This document shows positions 34,634 through 44,261 of a DNA stretch of 64,000 nucleotides, piece by piece; within the stretch, counting starts at the first letter, position 1, and each line of letters starts with the position of its first letter. Both the position numbers and the translations under genes were made by a program. Origin of the DNA: Nitrospirota bacterium (GTDB taxonomy: Bacteria; Nitrospirota; Thermodesulfovibrionia; Thermodesulfovibrionales; SM23-35); the NCBI GenBank assembly GCA_040756135.1, contig JBFLZS010000004.1, positions 7,469 to 71,468 on the forward strand, in the 5' to 3' direction. Under the pieces are notes generated by a model. That model made no database searches. It worked only from the letters and a program-made list of their open reading frames with translations, and was not told the DNA's origin.

Positions 34634-35629
34634 ATGTCAGAACTTAGAAAGGACCCTATATCCGGCCGCTGGGTTATTATCTCTGTAGAAAGAGGTAAAA
34701 GGCCAACAGATTTTGTCTCTCCTTCTCAGAGAAAAAAAGGTGGTTTCTGTCCCTTCTGCCCCGGTAACGAATATACTACACCAGCAGAAATAATGGCTTT
34801 TAGACCTTCTGATACAAAGCCGAATTCACCGGGATGGACGTTAAGGGTCATGTCTAATAAGTTTCCTGCCCTCCAGATATATGGAGACCTGAATAAGACA
34901 GGAGAGGGCATTTTTGACAAGATGAACGGGATAGGTGCTCATGAGGTTATTGTGGAGACACCAGATCACATGCTAACCCTCTCGACTATGCCGTTAAAGT
35001 CAGTTGAAGATGCACTTTGGGCATATTACCTACGACTCTCTGACCTAAAGAAAGATCAGCGTTTTAAGTATGTGCTGATATTTAAGAATGAAGGAGATGC
35101 TGCGGGTGCATCCCTTGAACATTCCCATACACAGTTGATCGCACTGCCGATTATCCCTAAACTGGTGAAAGAAGAGACCGATGCCGCAAAACGTTATTAT
35201 GATTTAAAGGAAAGATGTATTTTCTGTGATGTTATTAATCAGGAACTCGAAAGCAGGAAAAGGGTAATATACGAAAACGCAAGGTATGTTGCACTCGCAC
35301 CATTTGCGCCGAGTGCGCCTTTTGAGACGTGGATATTGCCTAAGAGGCATGAGTCGAGGTTCAGCCCTCCGGATAAGAGTTTCTCGGGTCTTGCAGAAAT
35401 ACTCCAGGTTATCCTGAAACAGATGGACAGGATACTCGATGTGCCTCCTTATAATTTCGTGTTACACACGTCTGCTTTTACCGATGAAATAAATGATTAC
35501 TACCACTGGCATATAGAGCTTGTGCCCAAGCTCACAAAGATTGCTGGCTTTGAGTGGGGTTCGGGTTTCTATATTAATCCTACACCTCCTGAGGAGTCAG
35601 CAAGGTTTATGAGGGAGGCAAAGATATAA
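34634..35629 (+). CDS. galactose-1-phosphate uridylyltransferase-family (HIT branch) nucleotidyltransferase
   Basis: CPFCPGNE zinc motif and the active site SLEHSHTQLIA (HxHxQ). It is adjacent to glgA. Confidence 0.85.
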   Translation: MSELRKDPISGRWVIISVERGKRPTDFVSPSQRKKGGFCPFCPGNEYTTPAEIMAFRPSDTKPNSPGWTLRVMSNKFPALQIYGDLNKTGEGIFDKMNGIGAHEVIVETPDHMLTLSTMPLKSVEDALWAYYLRLSDLKKDQRFKYVLIFKNEGDAAGASLEHSHTQLIALPIIPKLVKEETDAAKRYYDLKERCIFCDVINQELESRKRVIYENARYVALAPFAPSAPFETWILPKRHESRFSPPDKSFSGLAEILQVILKQMDRILDVPPYNFVLHTSAFTDEINDYYHWHIELVPKLTKIAGFEWGSGFYINPTPPEESARFMREAKI

Positions 35630-35639
35630 TGAAATTTGT

Positions 35640-35684
35640 AATCCCCCTATACCCCCCTTTAGAAAAGGGGGGCGAGGGGGGATT
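35640..35684. repeat. family P palindrome fused to a conserved leader (twin of 29172..29217)
   Basis: AATCCCCCTATACCCCCCTTTAGAAAAGGGGGGCGAGGGGGGATT, followed by TGAGGTATTTTCAG-ATG of glgA. Confidence 0.9.
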
Positions 35685-35698
35685 TGAGGTATTTTCAG

Positions 35699-37156
35699 AT
35701 GAAGATACTCATTGCAACTCCTGAAGCCGTACCTTATGTTAAGACCGGCGGCCTTGCAGATGTTGCGGGGTCCTTATTTAAGGAATACAGAAGGATGAAG
35801 AAAGAGGCATACATTATCCTGCCTTTTTATAAAAAGATAAAGGATGGCCAGTCTTCGATAGAGGATACAGGTGTCAGGATAAATGTTCCGGTAGGAGACA
35901 CGGTCATAGAGGGAAGGATTTTCAGCAATCAATATTCAACCTATTTTATAGGGTGTGATAAATTTTTTGACAGACAAGAACTTTATGGTACACCGGCGGG
36001 AGATTATAGTGATAATATATCGAGATTTGTATTTTTCTCAAGGGGGATAATCGAGGCATGTAAGGCTTTGAACTTTAAACCAGATGTAATCCACTGTAAT
36101 GACTGGCAGACAGGACTTGTGCCGCTTTATCTGAAGACAATATATAGAGGTGATAAATTTTTTAAAAATGTGGCTACTATACTTACAATACATAATCTTG
36201 GATACCAGGGTCTTTTCCCATCATCGGACTTACCCATCACAAATCTTGGGTGGGAGCTTTTCAACCCCGAGGGCATTGAATTCTACGGAAAGATAAATTT
36301 TCTTAAAGCAGGCATTATATCCGCAGATATCCTGAATACAGTTAGTAACACTTATGCAAAAGAAATCCTCAATAAAGAGTTTGGTTTTGGCCTTGACGGT
36401 GTGCTGCGAATGAGAGAGTCGGTACTTTACGGTGTTATAAACGGTATAGATTATGAAGAGTGGGACCCTTCGAGAGATCTGTTTATACCTGCTAATTATA
36501 GCTATAATGACATCTCGGGGAGGGCATTCTGTAAAAAGGAGCTTATGAGATTATTGTTTGGACCGTCAGACATTCTTGATGCCGAACGCATCCCGCTCAT
36601 AGGCATTGTCGGAAGGCTTTCTGCACAGAAGGGATTGGACCTTGTTCTACAGTCCATCGATGAACTCCTGTCCTTTGGTGTAAAGCTTGTTATCCTGGGT
36701 AAAGGTGATGAAGTGTACCACAACAGTTTTTCAGAGGTCGCAAAAAAATATAAAGGCAAGGTATCTGTTATCATTGGATTCGAAGAGCCACTTGCCCACA
36801 AAATTTACGCAGGTTCAGACTTTTTTCTGATGCCATCGAGGTACGAGCCATGCGGACTTGGCCAGCTTATAGCCCTGCGATATGGATGCATTCCTATAGC
36901 AAGAAGGACAGGTGGACCTTCTGATACTATACATGATTATGAGCCCCTGAAATCGAAGGGTACGGGTTTCCTTTTTTCTGATTACACACCCTCTGCAATG
37001 CAGGATGCCGTAAAAAGGGCCCTTTGCGTTTATACAGATGAGGATAAAAAGCACAAGATGATAATAGATGGTATGAATATGGATTTCTCATGGAAGAAAT
37101 CAGCAGAAAGATACATTGAACTCTATAATGCTGCTATAGAAAAAAGAAAGGCTTAA
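35699..37156 (+). CDS. glgA: glycogen synthase GlgA
   Basis: MKILIATPEAVPYVKTGGLADV N-terminus and a GT5 fold (PSRYEPCGL). ATG 35699 is preferred over the TTG at 35684. Confidence 0.92.
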   Translation: MKILIATPEAVPYVKTGGLADVAGSLFKEYRRMKKEAYIILPFYKKIKDGQSSIEDTGVRINVPVGDTVIEGRIFSNQYSTYFIGCDKFFDRQELYGTPAGDYSDNISRFVFFSRGIIEACKALNFKPDVIHCNDWQTGLVPLYLKTIYRGDKFFKNVATILTIHNLGYQGLFPSSDLPITNLGWELFNPEGIEFYGKINFLKAGIISADILNTVSNTYAKEILNKEFGFGLDGVLRMRESVLYGVINGIDYEEWDPSRDLFIPANYSYNDISGRAFCKKELMRLLFGPSDILDAERIPLIGIVGRLSAQKGLDLVLQSIDELLSFGVKLVILGKGDEVYHNSFSEVAKKYKGKVSVIIGFEEPLAHKIYAGSDFFLMPSRYEPCGLGQLIALRYGCIPIARRTGGPSDTIHDYEPLKSKGTGFLFSDYTPSAMQDAVKRALCVYTDEDKKHKMIIDGMNMDFSWKKSAERYIELYNAAIEKRKA

Positions 37157-37169
37157 TAAGGTATTTCTG

Positions 37170-39614
37170 ATGGATACAGCACACAAACAAAAACTTGCTG
37201 AAATAATTTTTGAAAACATCCAGGACGGTATTATAATGCTTGATAGAAGCTACAGGATACTCGCTGTTAATAAATCTGCAGAGAAATGGATAGAAAACCC
37301 CTCCTCTGACCTTATAGGTAAAGACTGCGCTGAATTATTTCATGATCTTACAGGGATATGTCCACATTGTGCAGCCAAGGTCACGTTCGAAACAGGAGAG
37401 GTCAATATTGTGACGCAGAAAGGGAATCTTAAAAATACTGCATATTACGCTGAACTTTCAGCATATCCTGTAAAGAATGAGACAGGGGAGGTTATTGAAT
37501 GTGTTGTATTTATTCAGGATGCAACTGAAAGGATGCTCTGTCATGATGAGATTCTTGGTCTTTATAACGAGGTTACCCAGACAAAGGAGTATATCGAGGG
37601 AATTATAGAAAACTCGGCAGATGCAATAGTCACCTCTGATCTCGATGGGTTTATTACCTCATGGAATGAAGGGGCAGAGAGAATATATGGATTCACAAAG
37701 GAAGAGGCATTGGGGAAATTTTTACCTTTTCTTCCTGAATTTCTCATTGACCCTGAATGGGAAAACACTCAAAGGATAAAGAATGGAGAGGTACTGAAGG
37801 ATATGGAGACCTTCAGGAAGAGGAAGGATGGTACGATCATAACAGTCAGTCTTACGCTTTCTCCGATTAAAGATGTGGCAGGTCGGGTTATTGGTATCAG
37901 CGGTATATCCAGGGATATATCAGAGAAGAAACGTATTGAGAGAGAGCTGATCATGAGGAACCAGGAACTTTCGAGACTCTTATTTATCAGTTCAGCTATG
38001 AGGGGGACACTTGAACTTGACAGGTTGTTAAGAATGGTTCTTGCTGCAGTTACCATGGGCGATGGGCTCGGCTTTAATCGGGCAATCCTTTTCCTGGTTG
38101 ATGAAAAAAGGAATATATTGAAGGGGGCTGTGGGGGTAGGGCCTGCGAGTTCTGAGGAGGCGTGGCGTATATGGGAGAGACTTTCCATAGAGAAGAAGAC
38201 GCTGGCTGACATAATGCATGATATAGAAATTGGGCCGTTGAGAAAGGATTCTTTTTTTGACAGACTCAGCCGCGGTATGGAGATACCTTTGTCAGAGGAA
38301 ACAATTCTTACAAAGACCGTGAAAGAGAAGAAACCTTTTAATATTCATGATGTAAAAGAAGAACCACTCTCAGATACACTCCTAATACAGCAGTTGGGCA
38401 CACATGCTTATTCAGTTTCGCCTCTGATATCGAGGGATAAGGTAATAGGAGTCCTCTGGGTTGACAACCATTTCAACAGGAGGCCTATAGCTGAGGGAGA
38501 TATGAGGTTTCTCAGCGGTTTTTCAAACCATATTGCAACAGCCATAGAGAGCGCAAGGCTCTTTGAGCAGGTAGCCCTTGCAGAGCAGGAACTTGAGAAT
38601 ATATTTGAGTCAATATCTGATATGGTCTACTTCATTACGAAGGATTATGTGTTAAAGAACATCAATAAGGCTGTCAGCAAGAGGCTGGGTAAACCTGTAG
38701 AGGAAATCACAGGGAAGAAATGCTATGAGGTAATTCATGGTATGAACGGACCGCGGGCAGAGTGCCCGCATCATAAAACTATTGAGACAGGGAAGGCATT
38801 TGTAGAGGAGGTTGAAGACCATCATCTTGGCGGTACGTTCATATTTTCAAGCTCTCCGATATTTGATACGGCAGGGGAATTTATAGGTACGGTAAATGTA
38901 GTTAGTGATATAACAGAGCTGAAAAACCTGCGTGAGAGGCTTATAATGGCAGAGAGGATGGCGGCACTCGGAGAAGTTGCAGCAAAAGTAGCTCATGAGA
39001 TAAGGAATCCTCTTGTCTCTCTTGGGGGGTTTGCAAAAAGACTTGAGAAGAAGTTAGACGGCAACCTGAAAGAGTATGCAGATATAATTGTAAAGGAAGT
39101 CGAAAGACTTGAGGGCATACTTAATGAGATTCTCAGTTTTGTTAAGGAAACAAGGGTTGTAAAGGAAACAGTCGATTCTGCCAGACTTATTGAAGATGTT
39201 ATCTCTCTTACAAAATCCGATCTTGAAGAGCGGGATGTAGTTCTCGTCAGAGAAATTGGCGAGCGTATCGAGATGTATATAGATCCTAACAGGATGAAAG
39301 AAGCCCTGCTTAATATACTGAAAAATGCTGTTCAGGCTGTGGGCAGTAACGGTAAAATATTAATAAAGACATATATTAAAGATAATAATGCTGTGGTTGA
39401 GATAAAAGATACAGGCGCAGGAATAGCCGAGGAGGACCTGCCGTTTATATTTGACCCTTTCTTTACTACAAAAAGGACAGGTACCGGACTTGGCCTTGCT
39501 ATAACACACAGGATTATAGAAGAGCACTCGGGAAATATTGAGGTAGAGAGCAAGCCCGGCGCGGGAAGCATATTCAGGGTATTTATACCATTGAAAATGA
39601 GAAGTGAAAAATAA
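37170..39614 (+). CDS. multi-sensor histidine kinase (PAS-PAS-GAF-PAS-HisKA-HATPase)
   Basis: 814 aa with H-box AHEIRNPL, N-box NILKNAVQA, and G boxes DTGAGI and GTGLGLAI. Confidence 0.85.
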   Translation: MDTAHKQKLAEIIFENIQDGIIMLDRSYRILAVNKSAEKWIENPSSDLIGKDCAELFHDLTGICPHCAAKVTFETGEVNIVTQKGNLKNTAYYAELSAYPVKNETGEVIECVVFIQDATERMLCHDEILGLYNEVTQTKEYIEGIIENSADAIVTSDLDGFITSWNEGAERIYGFTKEEALGKFLPFLPEFLIDPEWENTQRIKNGEVLKDMETFRKRKDGTIITVSLTLSPIKDVAGRVIGISGISRDISEKKRIERELIMRNQELSRLLFISSAMRGTLELDRLLRMVLAAVTMGDGLGFNRAILFLVDEKRNILKGAVGVGPASSEEAWRIWERLSIEKKTLADIMHDIEIGPLRKDSFFDRLSRGMEIPLSEETILTKTVKEKKPFNIHDVKEEPLSDTLLIQQLGTHAYSVSPLISRDKVIGVLWVDNHFNRRPIAEGDMRFLSGFSNHIATAIESARLFEQVALAEQELENIFESISDMVYFITKDYVLKNINKAVSKRLGKPVEEITGKKCYEVIHGMNGPRAECPHHKTIETGKAFVEEVEDHHLGGTFIFSSSPIFDTAGEFIGTVNVVSDITELKNLRERLIMAERMAALGEVAAKVAHEIRNPLVSLGGFAKRLEKKLDGNLKEYADIIVKEVERLEGILNEILSFVKETRVVKETVDSARLIEDVISLTKSDLEERDVVLVREIGERIEMYIDPNRMKEALLNILKNAVQAVGSNGKILIKTYIKDNNAVVEIKDTGAGIAEEDLPFIFDPFFTTKRTGTGLGLAITHRIIEEHSGNIEVESKPGAGSIFRVFIPLKMRSEK

Positions 39615-39669
39615 GAAGTGAGAAGTGAAATCTTAACTTCCTATTTCCTATTTTCCACTTCCTACTTTT
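39597..39669. repeat. inverted 7-bp-periodic arrays forming an imperfect hairpin between kinase and regulator genes (possible attenuator or terminator)
   Basis: gagaagt gaaaaat aagaagt gagaagt gaaa / acttcct atttcct attttcc acttcct actttt. The left arm encodes the last residues and the stop of the kinase. Confidence 0.5.
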
Positions 39670-39685
39670 AAGAAGGAGGAGAGAT

Positions 39686-40033
39686 ATGAAGATACTTGTG
39701 GTTGATGATGACCTGCACATCCAAAGGCTATATAAAGAGGAGTTTGAAGATGAGGGCTATGAAGTCGTTGTAGCATCCAATGGGCAGGAGGCAATGGAGC
39801 TATTCGATAAAGAAATCCCTGATATTGTTACTCTTGATATTCTTTTGCCCGACATAGACGGAATACGAATTCTGAGACAGATGAAGGAAAAGAACCCCAG
39901 GATACCCATTATCATGTCTACCGCCTATGATTACAGGGATGATTTTGCTGTATGGGCTTCAGAGGCATATATTGTTAAGTCATCAGATCTTGACGAGTTG
40001 AAGTCCATGATAAAGAAGCTTACCAATAAGTAA
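39686..40033 (+). CDS. single-domain CheY-like response regulator
   Basis: 115 aa with VVDDD, DILLPDIDG and the STAY motif, and a strong AAGGAGGA RBS. Confidence 0.88.
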   Translation: MKILVVDDDLHIQRLYKEEFEDEGYEVVVASNGQEAMELFDKEIPDIVTLDILLPDIDGIRILRQMKEKNPRIPIIMSTAYDYRDDFAVWASEAYIVKSSDLDELKSMIKKLTNK

Positions 40034-40035
40034 TA

Positions 40036-42036
40036 ATGTCGCGTGAAATCTATCTTGAAAGCACACCTTTACACGAGGCGATAGCGAAGTGGCTTAAAAA
40101 GCTTGATTCTGAAGGGGTTATGAGGCCACTCTCAGGGGAAACAATCAAGGTTGTAAATTCCCTTGGAAGAGTTACCGCTGAGGCAATCATCGCAAATATC
40201 TCTTCTCCGTTTTACCATTCGTCAGCGATGGATGGCTATGCCGTGAGATTCGCAGATACTTTTGGTGCCTCAGAGAGGACTCCTAAAAGGTTAAAGATAG
40301 GAGAACATACAGTTTATGTTGATACAGGTGATCCTATGCCTGACGGGTTTAACGCAGTAATAATGATAGAGGATGTAAATATAATAAAAAGTCAGAAGTC
40401 AGAAGTCAGAAGTCAGACAAATCCCCCCTTTCCCCCCTTTACTAAAGGGGGGTTAGGAGAAATTGATGAATACATCGAGATAATTTCGCCTGCAACACCC
40501 TGGCAGCATGTGAGGGTAATTGGTGAAGACATTGTGGCTACAGAGCTGATACTACCTGAGAATCATAAGATAAGACCTGTTGACATAGGTGCAATGCTAA
40601 CAGGCGGGCATATAGAGGTGATTGTCAGGAAAAGACCGCGTGTTGTTGTTATCCCGACAGGTACGGAACTTGTTGAGGCAGGAGGGGATTTAAAGAAAGG
40701 TGATATTATCGAATATAACTCAAGAATCTTCAGCGGTCTTGTCTCTGAATGGGGAGGTGAGTCTATCAGATTCAGGATTATACCCGATGTGATCGAAGAA
40801 CTGAAAAGGGCGATACTGGATGCCCTCGACATGGGGGACCTGGTTGTTGTTAATGCTGGTGCATCTGCTGGCTCGGAAGACTTCACTGCAAAGGCTATAA
40901 ATGAGCTCGGAGAAGTGATACTCCATGGCGTTAGCATAAAGCCGGGTAAGCCCGTCATCCTTGGATGGATAAAAGGTAAACCCATTCTTGGCATACCCGG
41001 CTATCCTGTATCTGCTTATATAACATTCAATCTATTTGCAAGGCCACTTATTTATAAATGGCAGGGTCTCGATATAGAAGGGCCTGAGATATTGAGGGCG
41101 AAGATTTCGAGGCAGGTCGCATCTACCTTAGGACATGAGGAATTCCTTAGAGTAAAGGTGGGGAAGGTCGGTGATAATTTTATCGCAACCCCTGTTAGCC
41201 GTGGAGCAGGTATACTTATGTCTCTTGTACGTGCTGATGGTTTTGTCCGAATACCTGCTATGTCCGAAGGTATTGGTGCAGGCACAGAGGTAGATGTGGA
41301 GCTAATGAGGTCTAAAGGCGATATTGAAAATACGATTGTCTGTATCGGAAGCCATGACAATGCCCTCGATCTGCTTGCTAATATACTAAAGAAGAGGCAT
41401 CCTAAGTTTTCTCTCTCATCAGCCCATGTGGGTTCAATGGGAGGTCTGATGTCATTAAAGAGAGGAGAGGCATATATGGCAGGAACACATCTGTTAGATG
41501 AGAAGACAGGGGAGTACAATGTATCATTTATAAAAAGACTTCTTCCTGATAAAAAGATCCTCCTCATAAATCTTGTCTATAGAGAGCAGGGTCTTGTTGT
41601 GCTAAAAGGTAATCCCAAAAACATAAATGGATTTGAAGACTTAACAAGAAGTGATGTCGTGTTTGTCAACAGACAGGCCGGTGCAGGAACAAGGCTTCTT
41701 ACAGATAAGTGTTTAAGAGAACTTGGGATAAAACCTGAAAATGTAAAAGGTTATGAAAGGGAGGAATATACACACATGGGCGTTGCATCTGCGGTGCTTA
41801 CAGGGGTTGCAGACACTGGCCTTGCAATACTTGCATCTGCGAGGGCATTAAATCTCGATTTTATCCCTGTTGCAAAGGAAAGATATGACCTTGCAATACC
41901 TCGTGAATTCTTTGAGACGGAGATGCTTCAGAATCTCATAAAGATTATAAGCGAGGACACAGAATTCAAGGATATGGTGATGGCGCTTGGGGGATACGAT
42001 ATATCAGATATGGGAAAGGTGATGTATGAAGGTTAA
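40036..42036 (+). CDS. moeA: MoeA molybdopterin molybdenumtransferase fused to a periplasmic-binding-protein-like domain
   Basis: 666 aa with MoeA domains (SAMDGYAV, GGVSxG-like GASAGSEDF, PGKP, PGYPVS) plus a C-terminal PBP-like module. Confidence 0.85.
   Translation: MSREIYLESTPLHEAIAKWLKKLDSEGVMRPLSGETIKVVNSLGRVTAEAIIANISSPFYHSSAMDGYAVRFADTFGASERTPKRLKIGEHTVYVDTGDPMPDGFNAVIMIEDVNIIKSQKSEVRSQTNPPFPPFTKGGLGEIDEYIEIISPATPWQHVRVIGEDIVATELILPENHKIRPVDIGAMLTGGHIEVIVRKRPRVVVIPTGTELVEAGGDLKKGDIIEYNSRIFSGLVSEWGGESIRFRIIPDVIEELKRAILDALDMGDLVVVNAGASAGSEDFTAKAINELGEVILHGVSIKPGKPVILGWIKGKPILGIPGYPVSAYITFNLFARPLIYKWQGLDIEGPEILRAKISRQVASTLGHEEFLRVKVGKVGDNFIATPVSRGAGILMSLVRADGFVRIPAMSEGIGAGTEVDVELMRSKGDIENTIVCIGSHDNALDLLANILKKRHPKFSLSSAHVGSMGGLMSLKRGEAYMAGTHLLDEKTGEYNVSFIKRLLPDKKILLINLVYREQGLVVLKGNPKNINGFEDLTRSDVVFVNRQAGAGTRLLTDKCLRELGIKPENVKGYEREEYTHMGVASAVLTGVADTGLAILASARALNLDFIPVAKERYDLAIPREFFETEMLQNLIKIISEDTEFKDMVMALGGYDISDMGKVMYEG
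40391..40464. repeat. composite insert: 7-bp array (GTCAGAA x4) plus family P palindrome, in frame in moeA
   Basis: gtcagaa x3 gtcagac then AATCCCCCCTTTCCCCCCTTTACTAAAGGGGGGTTAGGAGAAATT, translated as SQKSEVRSQTNPPFPPFTKGGLGEI. Confidence 0.9.
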
Positions 42037-43287
42037 TTATCCCTTTTTTTGTGGTTCTCCTTTTTCTTCAACCTCGCCTTCAATAAGTCTTTTTGCACCA
42101 ATAAATCTTTTGAAATAATATGGGGTTTCGAGACTGTCAATAGTAACCTTCTTGCCCCTTGATGATGCATGTATAAAAAGGTTATTGCCGAGATAAATCC
42201 CTACATGTGAGGGGAAGGATGCATATGTCCTGAAGAAGACGAGGTCACCTATAGAAAGCTCTTCCTTATCAACAGGATTTCCTTCAGAGAATTGCTCTCT
42301 TGCCGACCGTGGAAGATTTATCCCGATCAGGCTATAGACCTTTTGAACATATGCTGAGCAGTCAATCCCGAGAAGGCTGCTTTCGCCAAACCTGTAAGGA
42401 ATACCTAACAATTTTTTTGCGAAAAGGATAAGCCTTTCCTTCATACTGAGTTCTTTTAGGCCGGGGTCTTCAGATTCAGAGGCCTTCTTTATCTCATCTT
42501 CGATATGTGGCTGTGAAAGTATTGCCTCGTGATTTTTTATTTCAGCCACTTCAACCACGGGTTCTAAAAGGATTTTCTGACCCGGTTTTAATAAGTTTGT
42601 CTCGAGATTATTGATATCCATCAGCTCATCAGGATCGATATTAAACTTCTTTGCAATCTTCCAGATATTGTCGCCTTTTTCCACAGTATAATTCCTTGGC
42701 TCGGTTCGTTTAACAAGGAGCTTTCGTCCTATTCTTAGTTTTTTTGATCTAAGATTGTTGATCTCCTTGAGTTCATCTATTGATATTGAGTACTTTTTCG
42801 ATAAGAAAAATAAGGTATCGCCTCTTTTTACTACGTGGTATAAAGAATCCTCTTGACGTTTCACCGTTTCAATATTATCACCTGAAAATCCCCTATTTCC
42901 CTTTTTAAAATCCCCCTCTAATCCCCCTTTATTAAATCCCCCCTCACCCCCCTTTGCTAAAGGGGGGGTGGGGGGATTATCCATTTTCCAAAGTGTATGG
43001 GAGGATTCAGTGTGATTAACTTTATCTTTCTTTTGGGCAAGTTTATTCTTCTTTGGAGCTCCTTTTTTATTCGATGGAATGGTTATTTTTATGCCTGGTT
43101 TAAGATTAGCAGGCCTTAAATTATTAACTTTAATGATATCTTGTGTTCTAACCTTAAATTTTTTAGCTATTTTATATGGGTTGTCGCCTTTTTTTATTGT
43201 ATAAGTTGTATCAGCGTAAATATTGCCTGTGATAAAAGTTGCAAGCGTAAGGATAACAATAAAAAGATAAAGCCTTATCATACTCAC
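42037..43287 (-). CDS. LysM-repeat NlpC/P60 peptidoglycan hydrolase
   Basis: Signal peptide, three LysM repeats (YTIKKGDNPYKIAKKF, VVKRGDTLFFLSKKY, YTVEKGDNIWKIAKKF) and NlpC/P60 motifs (GIDCSAYV..H). Confidence 0.85.
   Translation of the reverse strand: MSMIRLYLFIVILTLATFITGNIYADTTYTIKKGDNPYKIAKKFKVRTQDIIKVNNLRPANLKPGIKITIPSNKKGAPKKNKLAQKKDKVNHTESSHTLWKMDNPPTPPLAKGGEGGFNKGGLEGDFKKGNRGFSGDNIETVKRQEDSLYHVVKRGDTLFFLSKKYSISIDELKEINNLRSKKLRIGRKLLVKRTEPRNYTVEKGDNIWKIAKKFNIDPDELMDINNLETNLLKPGQKILLEPVVEVAEIKNHEAILSQPHIEDEIKKASESEDPGLKELSMKERLILFAKKLLGIPYRFGESSLLGIDCSAYVQKVYSLIGINLPRSAREQFSEGNPVDKEELSIGDLVFFRTYASFPSHVGIYLGNNLFIHASSRGKKVTIDSLETPYYFKRFIGAKRLIEGEVEEKGEPQKKG
42886..42978. repeat. family P palindrome preceded by three extra AATCCCC half-sites, in frame in the LysM hydrolase gene
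   Basis: aaaATCCCCtatttccc..AATCCCCCtct AATCCCCCttt..AATCCCCCCTCACCCCCCTTTGCTAAAGGGGGGGTGGGGGGATT. On the coding strand this gives DNPPTPPLAKGGEGGFNKGGLEGDFKKGNRGFSG. Confidence 0.85.
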
Positions 43288-43296
43288 CTCCCATAA

Positions 43297-43830
43297 TTAA
43301 GCAGCTTCCTCCCGTACAAGGTCCTTAAGAGTCGGTAACTCTGTAAGGTCCTTCAAACCGAAATATTGTAAAAATTCTCTTGTTGTCCCGTAAAGAAAAG
43401 GCCTTCCAGGTACATCTTTGCGGCCCATTATCTTTACAAGCCTTTTTTCAAGAAGGGTCTTGATAGCGCTGTCAGAATTAACACCCCTGATCTGTTCAAT
43501 CTCAGCCCTGATTACAGGTTGTTTGTATGCTATTATAGCCAGGGTTTCGAGGGCAGGCATTGATAGTCTGCTCGATATATGTGTACTCCTGAACTTCTTT
43601 ATCCACTCTTCGTACTCAGGATTTGTTACCATCTGATAGCCATTGGCAATTTCAACTATGAATAGCCCTTTATTTCGCTCTCTGTACTCTATGATAAGTT
43701 CGTTAAGGAGGCTTTTTATTTCAGACTCAGGAAGTTCTATTATATCTTTTACAGCGGAAAGCGTTATCGGTTCCCCTGAAAGAAACAAAAAAGCCTCAAG
43801 TATCGATTTCTTTTCTATGTCTTCCATCAC
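43297..43830 (-). CDS. scpB: segregation and condensation protein B
   Basis: 177 aa with two winged-helix repeats (LEAFLFLSGEPI.., ALETLAIIAYKQPVIRAEIEQIRGV). Confidence 0.88.
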   Translation of the reverse strand: MMEDIEKKSILEAFLFLSGEPITLSAVKDIIELPESEIKSLLNELIIEYRERNKGLFIVEIANGYQMVTNPEYEEWIKKFRSTHISSRLSMPALETLAIIAYKQPVIRAEIEQIRGVNSDSAIKTLLEKRLVKIMGRKDVPGRPFLYGTTREFLQYFGLKDLTELPTLKDLVREEAA

Positions 43831-44002
43831 AAGACGTTAAAATATACCAGAAATTAGCCTAAAAATTCAATCTTTTTCTTCAAAAAAATTTTCTTTGATG
43901 ATTTCTTTAGTTTGCTGCTTAATGCATCATCTATTGTATTTTTTTGCCCTTTTTAGTAGCGATATGATGGCTACGTAGTTTCTGTGTATAAAGTCGGGTT
44001 TT

Positions 44003-44110
44003 GTCATTGTCCGGCTTGACCGGACAATCCATGGTTCTACAAGCTCACCATGACAATTGTCACCCTGAGCCTGCCGAAGGGTGGATTCCCCGATCAAGTC
44101 GGGGAATGAC
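44003..44110. repeat. GTCATTGYCC hairpin doublet (family B) with a central GTCACCCTGAGCCTGCCGAAGGGTG module
   Basis: GTCATTGTCCGGcttgaCCGGACAATCCATGG ... GGATTCCCCGAtcaagTCGGGGAATGAC. Confidence 0.7.
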
Positions 44111-44261
44111 GGAATATTCAATTTGCAATTTATACATAGACTCTACGGAGTTTTAACAAGACTTAAAAAACTGTCAGAAGATAGAGGAATTAGCAGTATA
44201 AATAGGCTAATGACAACGGAACCACTCCCGATGTATAATTTTGCTAAAAGGGGTTTTTCAT

